From positions 73,748 through 137,747 of the forward strand of contig JBBINU010000006.1 of the NCBI GenBank assembly GCA_037443725.1: a stretch of 64,000 nt of DNA, given 5' to 3'. Below the pieces are notes generated by a model, which saw only the letters and a program-made list of their open reading frames with translations, did no database searches and was not told where the DNA came from. The translations under genes and the position numbers were made by a program. The number at the start of each line of letters is the position of its first letter. The first letter of the stretch is position 1. Shown piece after piece: positions 32,882 through 42,938 of the stretch. Source of the stretch: Actinomycetota bacterium (lineage in GTDB: Bacteria; Actinomycetota; JBBINU01).

Positions 32882-34358
32882 GGCCCCGCCCCTGGAGGAC
32901 GGGGGGCGGCAGGAGGGAAGCGAGGCCCAGCTCCTCCCACCTCTCCGTCACCCTCCTTTTCACCTCGGGGTCCATCACGACATCCGGTGGCCACTCCCGG
33001 GGGTGCCCCTCCTCCCTCCACTTCCGCGTGGCGTCCACACCGAGTTTCGAGCCCCAGAGGGGTTGGGGGGCAGAGTGGTCGAGAGCATCCACAGGTCCCT
33101 CGGCGATGATGAGATCCCGGGCGGGATCCACGTTGTTGAAGGCCCTCCAGGCGGCCTCGGAGTGATTGTGGACATCTACATCGGCGTCGAAGACCACAAT
33201 GAGCCGGGCGAGGCTCAAAAGCCCGAGACCCCAGAGGGCGTACATCACCTTTCTAGCGTGCATGGGGTATCTCTTCTCAATGGAGACGAGGACGCAGTTG
33301 TGGAAGACGCCCTCGGCGGGCATGTCGATGTCCACCACCTCCGGGAGGAGGAAGCGAATCAGGGGCAGGAAGATCCTCTCCGTGGCCTTGCCCAGCCAGT
33401 AGTCCTCCATGGGGGGTCGGCCCACTACCGTGGTGTGGTAGATGGGGTCCCTTCTGTGCGTGATCCGCGTGACGTGCATCACGGGGTAGGGCTCGGCCAG
33501 GGAGTAGTACCCAGTGTGGTCGCCGAAGGGCCCCTCGAGACGCCTCTCTCCCGGCTCCACGTACCCCTCGATGACAATTTCGGCGGCGGCGGGAACCTCA
33601 AGCTCCACCGTGTCTGCCTTCACCAGCTCCACAGGCTCTCCTCTGAGGAAGCCGGCGAAGGCGAACTCGTCCACTCCGGGCAGGGGAGCCGAGGCTGCAT
33701 AGGTGAGAACCGGGTCGCACCCGACGGCCACGGCAACCTCGAGGCGGGAGGCCCTGGACTCGGCGCGGGCGTGGTGGGAGGTAGCGTCCTTATGGGCCTG
33801 CCAGTGCATCCCAAGGGTTCTCCCGTCGAAAGCCTGGAGCCTGTACATGCCCACATTCCTCCTGCCCGTGACTGGGTCCCTCGTGATGACGAGGGGAAGG
33901 GTGATGTACCTGCCGCCGTCCCGCGGCCAGCACTTGAGGAGCGGAAAGGCGAGGACGTCGGGGTGCTCCTGCCTCACCTCCTTGCAGGGCCCGCCCCTCA
34001 CCACCCTCGGGGCCATGGCGGCCAGGGGCCGGAGTCTAGCCAGGGCCCTCACCTTATCCAGTATGCCCCGGGGGGGCTCCATTTCCAGAAGCTCCCTTAC
34101 CTTCTCCCCGGCCTTGTCCAGGGTGGAAACGCCAAGGGCCAGGGACATCCTCCCCTCACTCGCGAAGGCCCCGGTGAGCACGGGAATCCCCGGGTACCCC
34201 TGCACGTTGGTGAAGAACAAGGCCGGCCCCCCGGCCTTCACAACCCTCTCGGTTATCTCGGTTATCTCCAGCTCGGGACTGACCGGCGCTTTCACCTCGT
34301 GAAGCTCCCCACGGCGCCGGAGGGCGTCCAGGAACTCCCGGAGGTCCCTAAAGGCCAC
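32871..34358 (-). CDS. ubiD: UbiD-family menaquinone biosynthesis decarboxylase (MqnL-like)
   Basis: RNVGMYR, EGPFGDHTGYY and GPVDALDH. Extended -10 TGcTAGACT lies 6 nt before the GTG. Confidence 0.93.
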   Translation of the reverse strand: MAFRDLREFLDALRRRGELHEVKAPVSPELEITEITERVVKAGGPALFFTNVQGYPGIPVLTGAFASEGRMSLALGVSTLDKAGEKVRELLEMEPPRGILDKVRALARLRPLAAMAPRVVRGGPCKEVRQEHPDVLAFPLLKCWPRDGGRYITLPLVITRDPVTGRRNVGMYRLQAFDGRTLGMHWQAHKDATSHHARAESRASRLEVAVAVGCDPVLTYAASAPLPGVDEFAFAGFLRGEPVELVKADTVELEVPAAAEIVIEGYVEPGERRLEGPFGDHTGYYSLAEPYPVMHVTRITHRRDPIYHTTVVGRPPMEDYWLGKATERIFLPLIRFLLPEVVDIDMPAEGVFHNCVLVSIEKRYPMHARKVMYALWGLGLLSLARLIVVFDADVDVHNHSEAAWRAFNNVDPARDLIIAEGPVDALDHSAPQPLWGSKLGVDATRKWREEGHPREWPPDVVMDPEVKRRVTERWEELGLASLLPPPVLQGRGLEV

Positions 34359-34586
34359 GGGCGGAGTCTAGCACCGACCCCGACGGCCCCCGGCCAGAAC
34401 CGGAGCACCCCTTTAGGCCCCGCGACCCGGTGGCGCTATGCTCCCCCACCCTGACGGGTGGGGAGTCCGGGCAGCGAAATGACACCATCGGGCCAGAAGA
34501 AAACACCCGCCCTTGCCCTGATCGTGAACGGGGCTCCCGCCGTAACTCCCAGCAGGAGCCGGCGTTCAAAAGGGTGGAGGTGGGAG

Positions 34587-34802
34587 ATGACGACAAACGG
34601 CACCCGCGAGCGGCAGTCCCGGGTGGCCTTCCCAGCCCGCTGCTGGCTCTGCGGGGGGAACCTCAAGAGGGAGCCGGATATAAGGTGCGAGGGGCGCGTG
34701 TACCACCGCGTCATCTGCCTCACCTGCCGGACTTCCTTCGTAGCCGAGGACGAGAGGGAGCTCCTACGGCTAGCCAGCGGCTCGAAGCGGGTCCGCCTCT
34801 AG
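34587..34802 (+). CDS. Small zinc-ribbon-like protein
   Basis: GGAGG ribosome-binding site; CWLC...CLTC in 71 aa. Confidence 0.6.
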   Translation: MTTNGTRERQSRVAFPARCWLCGGNLKREPDIRCEGRVYHRVICLTCRTSFVAEDERELLRLASGSKRVRL

Positions 34803-34839
34803 AGAGCTAGGCGGCCAAGGCCTTATAAGAGGTTCCTCC

Positions 34840-35367
34840 TCAGAGGTTCCTGGTATAGGCCACCACGGCTCTAAGCTCCTCCTCAGAGAGGACCCCTCCC
34901 CAGGAGGGCATATCGCCCAGCCTCGCCACGCAGGAGTCGGCAGCTCCATACCGAGCGCCCTTCCTCTGCTGGGTACCCACCTTGACGAAGGCAAGCTGCT
35001 CCTCAGCGGTGGGGAAGCAGACCTTCACCTTTCCGCCAACGAAGGCAGGACCGACCCCGCCGGTTCCCCCCGGGCCGTGACAGGAGGCACAGTTGGCGTC
35101 GAAGACCTCCTTCCCCCTGCTAAGGAGGGCCCCTTCCCCACCCGGGGGAGCCGCCGTGGGAGAAGCCCCCGGGGCCGCAGCTAGAGCGGCGGGGCTGGCC
35201 GCCCCCTTACCGAAGGTTCCTGGGATGCCGGAAGAGTGGTAGACAAGGAACCAGACGCCCCAGATGGAGACGGCAAGGTAAAAGGCGGTGAGCCACGGGC
35301 TCACCCTCCCCTTCACCTCCTTCACACCCGGAGCCACTTCCCTTTCATCGCCGCTCTCCTTTCTCAT
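34840..35367 (-). CDS. Membrane-anchored monoheme cytochrome c with CcoP-like N-terminus
   Basis: SPWLTAFYLAVSIWGVWFLVY transmembrane segment, CASCH heme motif and axial Met in MPSW. Confidence 0.82.
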   Translation of the reverse strand: MRKESGDEREVAPGVKEVKGRVSPWLTAFYLAVSIWGVWFLVYHSSGIPGTFGKGAASPAALAAAPGASPTAAPPGGEGALLSRGKEVFDANCASCHGPGGTGGVGPAFVGGKVKVCFPTAEEQLAFVKVGTQQRKGARYGAADSCVARLGDMPSWGGVLSEEELRAVVAYTRNL

Positions 35368-35409
35368 CTCCTGCTCCCCAGTACCAAGCCAACCGCGGGC
35401 ATCCGGTGC

Positions 35410-35922
35410 CTACTTCCGGCAAGAGAGGGACTTGAGGTAAGAGGCGAGGGCCTGGAGCTCGGTGCCGGGCAGCCAGGAGTAGGAGGGCATGATGGAGGCG
35501 GCGCGGCGGAAGGCGGGATCCCTTGGGTTCTTAAGGAAGGCGAGAATGTCATCCTCCTTCTCGAAGCGATCGCCGACGCAGGAGAGGTCCGGCCCTACCC
35601 TCTCAGCTCCCGCGAGAACCGGCACCGCTCCCAGGTACTCGCCAGGCTGGGATGGGGTGGGCCCGAGATAGGAGTCGGCCAGGGTATCCCTCACCAGTTG
35701 GGTGTGGCAGTAGGCACAGCCCTCCCTGAAGTAAACCTGCCTCCCCTCAAGGGCCACCGGCGAGTAGTTCCGGGGCTCACCCCTCGCCCGCGCCGAGTTG
35801 GCAGGGTCCGACACGGGAAGGAGTAAGGTGGCCGAGGCCCCCAAAGCGAGGAGAGCGAGGACACCGAAGACAAGGAGGCCCACGCTCACCTCCCCCGCCG
35901 AGCTTCGAGCATCCCTAGCCAC
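35410..35922 (-). CDS. ccoO: cbb3-type oxidase subunit II-like cytochrome c
   Basis: GRQVYFREGCAYCHTQLVR, RVGPDL and SIMPSYSWL. Confidence 0.85.
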   Translation of the reverse strand: MARDARSSAGEVSVGLLVFGVLALLALGASATLLLPVSDPANSARARGEPRNYSPVALEGRQVYFREGCAYCHTQLVRDTLADSYLGPTPSQPGEYLGAVPVLAGAERVGPDLSCVGDRFEKEDDILAFLKNPRDPAFRRAASIMPSYSWLPGTELQALASYLKSLSCRK

Positions 35923-36021
35923 CCAGTCGCTCCTTCACCCTAGAGGCCCCGGAGGCCGGCCGCGTTTCTTACCCCCTCCGAACAAGCAGTGTCAAACCGG
36001 ACCCCTCCGGTGGGAAATGGC

Positions 36022-36900
36022 CTACACCCCGGCGTAGGAATGCAGGCCTGAGATCCAAAGGTTCACCGCATAGTAGGTGAAAAGCAGGGAGGCAAAGGCC
36101 ACCATGTTAAGGGCTGCGGCCCGAGTCCCCCTCCACCCCCTGGACGAACGGGCATGCAGGTAGGCAGCGTAAAGCAGCCAGGTCACCAGAGACCAGGTCT
36201 CCTTGGGATCCCAACCCCAGTACCTCCCCCAGGCCTCCTCCGCCCAGAGGGCTCCGGCCAGGATGGAGAAGGTCCAGATGGGAAAGCCGATCTTCACCAG
36301 AGCGAGGGCGGCCCTGTCCAGGAGCTCCGAGGAAGGGAGCGCTCCGAGCAGACCCCCCTCGTCTCCCGCCTCGATCCCCGCGCCCCCCGCACCCACGAGG
36401 ACCCCGTGCCTCGCCCTCCTCCTCACCCACTCCAGCACCAGAAACAGGGCCGACGGAAAGAAAGAGAGGCCGAGGACGGCGGATCCACCCACAGCCGCAA
36501 GAACATGCACTTTCAGCCAGTAGCTCGCGAGGGCCGGAACGAGGGGTCCGGGCGGTACGTAGAGGATCCTCCCCGCCGCCAGGGTGAGCACAGCTCCCCC
36601 CATGACGAAAGCGCCCACGCTCTTCAGGCTGCCCCTGCCTAAAACGAGGAAGGACACGACGAGAAGAAGGCCGAGGAGGGAGGAGTACTCGTACATATTT
36701 CCCCACGGAACCCTCCCCGCCGCGAGACCCCTAAACACCACGGAGCCGAGATGGGCAAGGGCGCCAACCAGAGCAAGCCCCCTCCCCGCACCCCAGGCCG
36801 CTCCCTTTCTCAGCCCCAGAGCGAGGGAGTAGGCAAGCATGGAGAGAAGATAGGCGCCCAGGGCGGCAAAAAAGAGCAGACTCGAAAGACCTTCAGCCAC
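36022..36900 (-). CDS. ccsB: System II cytochrome c synthase, ResC/CcsA-type
   Basis: PWGNMYE, WLKVHV, WAEEAWGRYWGWDPKETW and GLHSYA; GGAGG before GTG 36900. Confidence 0.93.
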   Translation of the reverse strand: MAEGLSSLLFFAALGAYLLSMLAYSLALGLRKGAAWGAGRGLALVGALAHLGSVVFRGLAAGRVPWGNMYEYSSLLGLLLVVSFLVLGRGSLKSVGAFVMGGAVLTLAAGRILYVPPGPLVPALASYWLKVHVLAAVGGSAVLGLSFFPSALFLVLEWVRRRARHGVLVGAGGAGIEAGDEGGLLGALPSSELLDRAALALVKIGFPIWTFSILAGALWAEEAWGRYWGWDPKETWSLVTWLLYAAYLHARSSRGWRGTRAAALNMVAFASLLFTYYAVNLWISGLHSYAGV

Positions 36901-36952
36901 TTCCACCTCCCGGTGACGAAAGATCCGCCCGGCCTTGCAGCCCTGGGAAAGT

Positions 36953-38446
36953 CTAACCCCTCCCCGAAACCGCAACCTTCTCGGCACCGAGGAGCCCGGC
37001 TGCCACGCGCCTGTACTCCTCCTCGGCCCTCTCCCCTCCAGGACTCGCCGCCACCTCCACAAGCCAGGCCCCGTCCCGCTCGGACACCCTCACCCAGACC
37101 CGTCTCCTCGCCACATACAAGCCGGGCAGGAGGCCAGCCAGACCGAGGAGGGCGAAGAGGAGGGCCCACTTCCGTCCGGGGTCCCGAGTGAGGGCGAGAA
37201 CCGTGTACTCCTTGAGCTCCGGGAAGGCCACCCTCACCCCCGCAACCTCCTTCTCTCCTCCCAAGGGGACGAAGCCGTCTCCGGCGGGCCGAAGCCCCCT
37301 CTTGTCCAGGGAGAAGACACTCTGGGGCACGTTCAGGCCGAGATCCCCGGCATACAGGCGGAACAGGAGGATCGGGTGCTCGGGTAGGGGCGATGCGTTC
37401 ACCAAACCGACCCCCTCGACCACCTGCGGGTCAGGGAGGAGAAAGAGCTCCAGACCCACCTGTTCCGGCCGGGCCCCCGGGACCTTCACCACCCCCCTGG
37501 CCACCCCCGTGCGGGGGTCGGTGATGAAGACCACGGGTCCCCCCGCAAGCACCCTCTCCCCCTGACTCACCCTGATGACCGGAGCCCACCCGTAGGAAGC
37601 CTGGTACACCTTGACCCCAGCAACCTCGAGGGGGTGGTTTACCCTAACCACCACCTCCCGCCTCCTCCCTCCTTCCACCACCTCAAGGCGGGTCCGGAAG
37701 TCCTCGGGCAACCCGCTGGGGTGGTAGGTAACGGTGAAATCCTCCACCTTGAGGAGGAAGTCGGGGAAACGGCCGGAGAAGAAGCGCCCCTCCCTTATGA
37801 AGTCGTAGTTAACCCGCGCGTCCTGCCACTCATCCCCCTCCACGATGGCGGCCTGACCCTGGAACCCCCAGGCCCTGCCCAGCACGAAGCTGCCGACGAG
37901 TGCCAGGAGGCTGGCGTGGAAAAGGAGGCTCCCCGCCTCTCTCAGGAAGCCCTTCTCCGCAGCGACCCACCCATCACCCCTTGCCACTCTGTACCCCCGT
38001 CTCGTGAGGATGCGGCCTGCCCTGTCCAGAACCTCCCCGGGAGCCGCCCCTGAGGGGCCCGTCACGAGAAAGGCGGGGAGAGGCCCGGCCTCCCGAGGTC
38101 CCGGACGGTGCTTTAGCGCTCTCAGGTATGCCCGGAGGCGGGGCAGCAGACAGCCCATGAGGGAGATCCCCAGGAGAAGAGCGATGGTCCAGAACCACCA
38201 GGCGCCGAAAACGTCGAAGAGGCCCAGGGCGTCGAGGTAAGGGGCGAGGGCCGGGTGGCGGAGGAAGTAGGCGTCCACGGCGGCCGGGTTCAGGGAGCGC
38301 TGCGGGAAGAAGCTCCCCAGAGAGGCCCCCGATCCGAGAAGCAAGAGAAGCACCACAGCCGTGGACATCCTTCTCAGCCGCGACCACGCCCTCCTCAGAA
38401 GATGGGATCCGCCTCGCCTCGGCCCGGAGAGCATCTCGCTCGTCAC
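36953..38446 (-). CDS. resB: Cytochrome c biogenesis protein ResB
   Basis: SLLFHASL, VNHPL, VYQASYG, DPG and RRVWVR. Confidence 0.9.
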   Translation of the reverse strand: MTSEMLSGPRRGGSHLLRRAWSRLRRMSTAVVLLLLLGSGASLGSFFPQRSLNPAAVDAYFLRHPALAPYLDALGLFDVFGAWWFWTIALLLGISLMGCLLPRLRAYLRALKHRPGPREAGPLPAFLVTGPSGAAPGEVLDRAGRILTRRGYRVARGDGWVAAEKGFLREAGSLLFHASLLALVGSFVLGRAWGFQGQAAIVEGDEWQDARVNYDFIREGRFFSGRFPDFLLKVEDFTVTYHPSGLPEDFRTRLEVVEGGRRREVVVRVNHPLEVAGVKVYQASYGWAPVIRVSQGERVLAGGPVVFITDPRTGVARGVVKVPGARPEQVGLELFLLPDPQVVEGVGLVNASPLPEHPILLFRLYAGDLGLNVPQSVFSLDKRGLRPAGDGFVPLGGEKEVAGVRVAFPELKEYTVLALTRDPGRKWALLFALLGLAGLLPGLYVARRRVWVRVSERDGAWLVEVAASPGGERAEEEYRRVAAGLLGAEKVAVSGRG

Positions 38447-39181
38447 CTAGATGGGCGGGGTGAAACCCGAGATCAGCTTTCTCAAGGGGGCAAGAACCTG
38501 GTCCCAGATGCCGGCGGCCATAAGCAGCCCGATGAGGAAGAGGAGGGCCCCGCCAACCCTCTCCACCCAGGGGGCCAGCGGCTGAAGCCGTCTCAACCTG
38601 GGAAGGAAACGGTCGAGAGCGAGGGAGGTCAGGACGAAGGGAAGCCCCAGCCCGAGGCCGTAGACGGTGAGAAGGAGAGAGCCCCTCGCAGCGGAGCCCT
38701 CCCTAGCCGCTAGGGCGAAGATAGCTGCCAGGGTCGGCCCGACGCAGGGCGTCCAGCCGAGCCCGAAGGCGAGCCCCAAGGGGTAAGCCCCGAAGACCCC
38801 TAGGGAGGTGAGGCCTGCCCTCAGGCCCGCCGGGCCAACCTCCCTGAAGAGCAGACTTGGGCCGAGACCCATAAAAACGAGGCCCATGAGGGCCACAAGC
38901 GCCCCGCTGCCGACCCTGAGCGCCGCGGGGCTGACCGAAAGGAGCCAGCCCCCCAAGGCACCCGCCCCCACACCGAGCAAGGCAAAGACCGTGACAAACC
39001 CCGCGACGAAGAGGAGGGTTCCAAAAACTGCCCGGTTCCTGAGCTTCCCACCGGATGTCAGCTCCGCCGCGGCAATACCCGAGGCGTAGGAGATGTAGCC
39101 GGGGATGAGGGGAAGGACGCAGGGTGAAACGAAGGAGACGGCCCCAGCTGCAAAGGCGAGAAACGGGCTCACACCGTCCAC
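38447..39181 (-). CDS. ccdA: Cytochrome c biogenesis protein CcdA
   Basis: [14 protein letters not shown] and [10 protein letters not shown]. Confidence 0.93.
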   Translation of the reverse strand: MDGVSPFLAFAAGAVSFVSPCVLPLIPGYISYASGIAAAELTSGGKLRNRAVFGTLLFVAGFVTVFALLGVGAGALGGWLLSVSPAALRVGSGALVALMGLVFMGLGPSLLFREVGPAGLRAGLTSLGVFGAYPLGLAFGLGWTPCVGPTLAAIFALAAREGSAARGSLLLTVYGLGLGLPFVLTSLALDRFLPRLRRLQPLAPWVERVGGALLFLIGLLMAAGIWDQVLAPLRKLISGFTPPI

Positions 39182-39231
39182 GGCCTCTCCTCGCCCGCCT
39201 GAAGCAGGCCAATCAGAGGCCCCCGCCCCAC

Positions 39232-39822
39232 CTAACCCCCCTCCGCGAGAAGGGAGTCGAGGAGGGGAGCAAGCTCCTCCTCAGTGCTCGCCCCCACTAT
39301 CCTCGCCGCTATCCGCCCTTTGGCGTCCACCAGGTAGGTGGTGGGGATGGCGGGGACCGCAAAGGCCGCAGCGGAGCGGGCGGCGGGGTCGAAGAGACTG
39401 GGATAGGGGACGGAGAACTCGTCCAGGTAGGCGCGGGCGTTCTCGCGGGAATCCCGAACGTTCACACCGAGGAAGAATACCCTCTCCCCGTACCTGGCGA
39501 AAAGCCTCACCAGCTCCGGCTGCTCCCTCCGGCAGGGACCGCACCAGGAAGCCCAGAAGTTCACCAGCGCCACCCTCCCCGCCCGGAGCTCCACCCTGCC
39601 TCCCCTCACCTCCTCTCCGGCGAGGCTCGGCGCGGGCCGCCTCTGCCCCGGGGGGATGAGCTCCACCCGGGCCTTTCCCTCTGCGGCGGGAATCGCCCTG
39701 CCCTCGGGAAGGAAGCCCCGCCCTCCACAGCCTGCGGTGAGGAGGAGAAGAAGGAGACTCCCCAAGGCCTGTAGGGGGATCCCCCTTCCTCTCGAGCTGC
39801 CCCTCGCGACCTTCTTCACCAT
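39232..39822 (-). CDS. ResA/TlpA-like thioredoxin lipoprotein
   Basis: Lipobox [15 protein letters not shown] and IPTT; TAGAGT lies 6 nt upstream of the ATG. Confidence 0.9.
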   Translation of the reverse strand: MVKKVARGSSRGRGIPLQALGSLLLLLLTAGCGGRGFLPEGRAIPAAEGKARVELIPPGQRRPAPSLAGEEVRGGRVELRAGRVALVNFWASWCGPCRREQPELVRLFARYGERVFFLGVNVRDSRENARAYLDEFSVPYPSLFDPAARSAAAFAVPAIPTTYLVDAKGRIAARIVGASTEEELAPLLDSLLAEGG

Positions 39823-39898
39823 GCCCGCACTCTACCAGCCACCAGCTTCAGGCTCGGTTCCGGCGGCGCGAAGGATAGCTGAGGAAATTACTCTCCAT

Positions 39899-39927
39899 TT
39901 GCCCCCGCCTGGGTTCACCAATAGAAT
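39899..39927 (+). promoter_or_regulatory. Housekeeping-sigma promoter of the Rieske/cytb operon
   Basis: TTGCCC-17 nt-TAGAAT, ending 9 nt before the ATG at 39937. Confidence 0.65.
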
Positions 39928-39936
39928 CCGCCTGGC

Positions 39937-40224
39937 ATGAGGGTCTTCGCGTCGGGCTGGCTGAGAGCGGGCCTCGCGGCTCTAGCCCTCGCTGCTCCGG
40001 GCCTCTTTATCTTCGCCGTTCTTCCCAGCTGGTGGCTTTACCTGGCAGCAGCTCGGCTCCAGTGGACCGGCGGCATAAGGGCGGCCATGGCCGACGCCGT
40101 CGCCACCGGGATCCAGGGGATGGGCTTCGTGGCGGCGGTGGTGGCGGCCCTCGCTTGGCAGAGGCGGCACCCCGTCGAACTCGCCCCCGGCGAGGAGAGG
40201 CCCCGGGGAGGAGGGTACAGGTGA
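39937..40224 (+). CDS. Small membrane protein, first gene of the Rieske/cytb operon
   Basis: Two hydrophobic segments; stop overlaps the ferredoxin GTG (GTGA). Confidence 0.7.
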   Translation: MRVFASGWLRAGLAALALAAPGLFIFAVLPSWWLYLAAARLQWTGGIRAAMADAVATGIQGMGFVAAVVAALAWQRRHPVELAPGEERPRGGGYR

Positions 40225-40568
40225 GCTCCGGGCCGAGGGTGCCGGTCTGGAGCGACTACTCCCTCGTCCCCGTGGACCCCGACTGGCTTGTCAAGAAGGT
40301 CAAGGCTAAAAGGCACATAGCCCTCGAGCCTGACCTCTGCATCCTCTGCCGGGCCTGTGAGGACGTCTGTCCCTGGAACGCCATATGGATGGTCTCACCC
40401 GCAGCGGTCAACCAGGACCAGGGGGAGCTCGTGAGGCATGGCGAGGCCGAAGCCCTGTTCCTCATCGACGACGAGGCCTGCACCCGCTGCGGCATCTGCG
40501 TGGAACGCTGCCCCAGCGACGCCCTTTACTTCGCCAGGTTCGGCGAGGCCTCGGCCAGGGGGAGGTAG
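40221..40568 (+). CDS. 2x[4Fe-4S] ferredoxin
   Basis: CILCRACEDVCP and CTRCGICVERCP; no signal peptide or transmembrane segment. Confidence 0.9.
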   Translation: MSSGPRVPVWSDYSLVPVDPDWLVKKVKAKRHIALEPDLCILCRACEDVCPWNAIWMVSPAAVNQDQGELVRHGEAEALFLIDDEACTRCGICVERCPSDALYFARFGEASARGR

Positions 40569-40571
40569 CCG

Positions 40572-41360
40572 GTGGCCACAAGGGGAGGTGTCCTCACCAG
40601 GGTGGGGAAGGCCATCGAAGCCCTGGACCGGGTGAGGGACACCCAGGTCTGGAAGTCCATCTTCCGACCGGGCTCCGTCTACCGGAAGGGGTACCGGGAC
40701 ACCAGCCGCGACCGCGCTTTGGCGACCATGAACAACGTCCTCTACCACCTCCACCCGGTGAAGGTGAAGAGGCACGGTCTCAAGTTCACCTACACCTTCT
40801 GTCTAGGAGGCCTCTCCTTTTTCCTTTTCATTCTCCTCACCATCACCGGGATTTACCTCATGTTCTTCTACCGCCCCTACGCCCAGGCAGGCTCGGCGAT
40901 CGCCTACAGCGACATGCAGGCCCTCTCCACCTCCATCGTCTTCGGCCAGCTTGTGAGGAACCTCCACCGCTGGGGTGCTCACCTCATGGTGTTCACCGTC
41001 TTTCTGCACATGGCGAGGGTCTTCTACCACGGCGCCTACAAGCCGCCGCGCGAGTTCAACTGGGTGGTCGGGGTGGTCCTTCTCGTTCTCACCCTCCTCC
41101 TCTCCTTCACGGGCTACCTCCTCCCCTGGGACCAGCTGGCCCTCTGGGCCGTCACGGTGGGGACTTCCATGATGGGGTACACCCCCATCCTGGGTAAGCA
41201 GGTTAAGTTTCTTCTCCTCGGTAGCGTGGAGGTAGGCCCCGAGACCCTCATCCGCTGGTACGTCCTGCACGTCCTCGCCCTGCCCTTCCTCGCCGTCATC
41301 TTCATGGCCGTCCACTTCTGGAGGATCAGGAAGGACGGGGGCATCTCCGGACCCCTCTAG
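40572..41360 (+). CDS. petB: Cytochrome b6-type (split cytochrome b, N-terminal part)
   Basis: FCLGG (heme ci Cys position), HRWGAHLMVFTVFLH, TGYLLPWDQ, H-x14-H in the last helix and GISGPL C-terminus. Confidence 0.92.
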   Translation: MATRGGVLTRVGKAIEALDRVRDTQVWKSIFRPGSVYRKGYRDTSRDRALATMNNVLYHLHPVKVKRHGLKFTYTFCLGGLSFFLFILLTITGIYLMFFYRPYAQAGSAIAYSDMQALSTSIVFGQLVRNLHRWGAHLMVFTVFLHMARVFYHGAYKPPREFNWVVGVVLLVLTLLLSFTGYLLPWDQLALWAVTVGTSMMGYTPILGKQVKFLLLGSVEVGPETLIRWYVLHVLALPFLAVIFMAVHFWRIRKDGGISGPL

Positions 41361-41380
41361 TACCGGGCCGGGAGGCGAGC

Positions 41381-42205
41381 ATGGCAGAAGAGAAGGGCCG
41401 CAGGGTCCACGTGGAGATGGATGAGGAGGTCTACCGGCGCGAGATCGCCAGGGGGACCCCGGAGCGCGTGGCCAGGGCCCTGGCCAAGAGCGCGGCGGTG
41501 CGGAAGAGGAAGGCATCGGAGGCAGGAGTGGCCCCCACACCGCCGCCACCCCCCGAGGTCCCCTCCGGGGAGGTCCCCTCCGGCCTCCCCAGGGCCGCTC
41601 CCGCCGGAGCCGGGCAACCCCGAGAAACCGCCCCCGCCGGCCCCGTGGCAGAGAGACCTTCCAGGGTGGCGACGTTGCCGGCCACGGAGGCCGAAGTCGC
41701 GGCCCCCGGAGCCCGAACCCAGCGTTTCCTCGGAGTAGTTCGGCCCGAGGCCATCCAGAAGGTGGAGCCAAAGGCTGAAGACAAGGCCAACACCTGGCCC
41801 CATCTGTTCATGGAGGAGTTCCTAGCCGCCCTCATCGTCCTTGCCGGACTCCTTATCTTCTCGACCTTCGTGAACGCCCCCCTGAGGGAGCTGGCCAACC
41901 CTAACCTCACCCCGAACCCCTCCAAAGCCCCCTGGTACTTCCTGGGGCTCCAGGAGCTCCTCCACTACTTCCACCCCCAGGTGGCCGGGGTAACCATACC
42001 CGGCCTCGGAATCCTCTTCCTCATGGCCATCCCTTACATGGACAAGAACCCCAGTGCGAGGCCGGAAAGGAGGAAGCTCGCCATCATCCTCTTCACCATG
42101 TTCCTCATGTTCTGGGCGACCCTGGTCATCATCGGGTCTTTCTTCAGGGGGCCCGGGTTCAACTGGGTCTGGCCCTGGTCCCAGGGCCTCTTCTTCGAGC
42201 TCTGA
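41381..42205 (+). CDS. petD: Rieske/cytb subunit IV with N-terminal extension
   Basis: WPHL, ANPNLTPNPSKAPWYFLGLQE and PYMD; about 120 extra N-terminal residues. Confidence 0.88.
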   Translation: MAEEKGRRVHVEMDEEVYRREIARGTPERVARALAKSAAVRKRKASEAGVAPTPPPPPEVPSGEVPSGLPRAAPAGAGQPRETAPAGPVAERPSRVATLPATEAEVAAPGARTQRFLGVVRPEAIQKVEPKAEDKANTWPHLFMEEFLAALIVLAGLLIFSTFVNAPLRELANPNLTPNPSKAPWYFLGLQELLHYFHPQVAGVTIPGLGILFLMAIPYMDKNPSARPERRKLAIILFTMFLMFWATLVIIGSFFRGPGFNWVWPWSQGLFFEL

Positions 42206-42227
42206 GAGGGACTGGAGGGAGGAGACC

Positions 42228-42938
42228 GTGCTAGCAGCCTGGGTGGTCCTGGCGGCGAGCCTCGTGGCGGTGGGAGTCTGGGTCTACCTCGTGGTCCGGG
42301 CGGGGCAGAAAAGGAGCGAGGCCAGGGTGGAACCGGCAGGGGGTGTACCCGAGTTCTCTCGCCCCCTCGACCTAGGGGTCACGGTGGAGAGGAGGGCCTT
42401 CATCCGAGCGGGGTTCCTCGGAGCCTTCCTTCTCTCCCTCTTCGATTTCGCCGTGGCCAGCGCCGCCTATCTCTGGCCCAACCTCAGGGGCGGTTTTGGC
42501 GGGAAGATCGAGGCGGGCAGCCTCAAGGACATCCTCGAACAGATCAAATCCTCAAACCAGCCCTTCTATCACCCCGAGGGCCGCTTCTACCTCGTCCCCT
42601 ACCCGGGGGGCCAAGACCCAAAAGACCGGTACGCGAGAGAAGGGGTGGCTGCCGGAGGCGTCATGGCCCTTTACCAGCGCTGCCCTCACCTGGGCTGCCG
42701 TGTTCCGTTCTGTGTCTCGAGCCAGTGGTTCGAGTGCCCCTGCCACGGGTCCAAGTACAACCTGGCGGGAGAGTGGCAGGCGGGGCCGGCCCCCAGGGGG
42801 ATGGACCGCTTCCCGGTGACACTCCAGGGAGACCGGGTCATAGTGGACACGGGGACCGTGGTTATCGGCCCACCTAGGGGCACGGACACGATACAGCAGC
42901 CGCCCCAGGGGCCTCACTGCGTCACCATCGCCACCTGA
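42228..42938 (+). CDS. petC: Rieske iron-sulfur protein
   Basis: CPHLGC and CPCHGSKY boxes, GPAPR and internal RRAFI; GGAGG before the GTG. Confidence 0.92.
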   Translation: MLAAWVVLAASLVAVGVWVYLVVRAGQKRSEARVEPAGGVPEFSRPLDLGVTVERRAFIRAGFLGAFLLSLFDFAVASAAYLWPNLRGGFGGKIEAGSLKDILEQIKSSNQPFYHPEGRFYLVPYPGGQDPKDRYAREGVAAGGVMALYQRCPHLGCRVPFCVSSQWFECPCHGSKYNLAGEWQAGPAPRGMDRFPVTLQGDRVIVDTGTVVIGPPRGTDTIQQPPQGPHCVTIAT

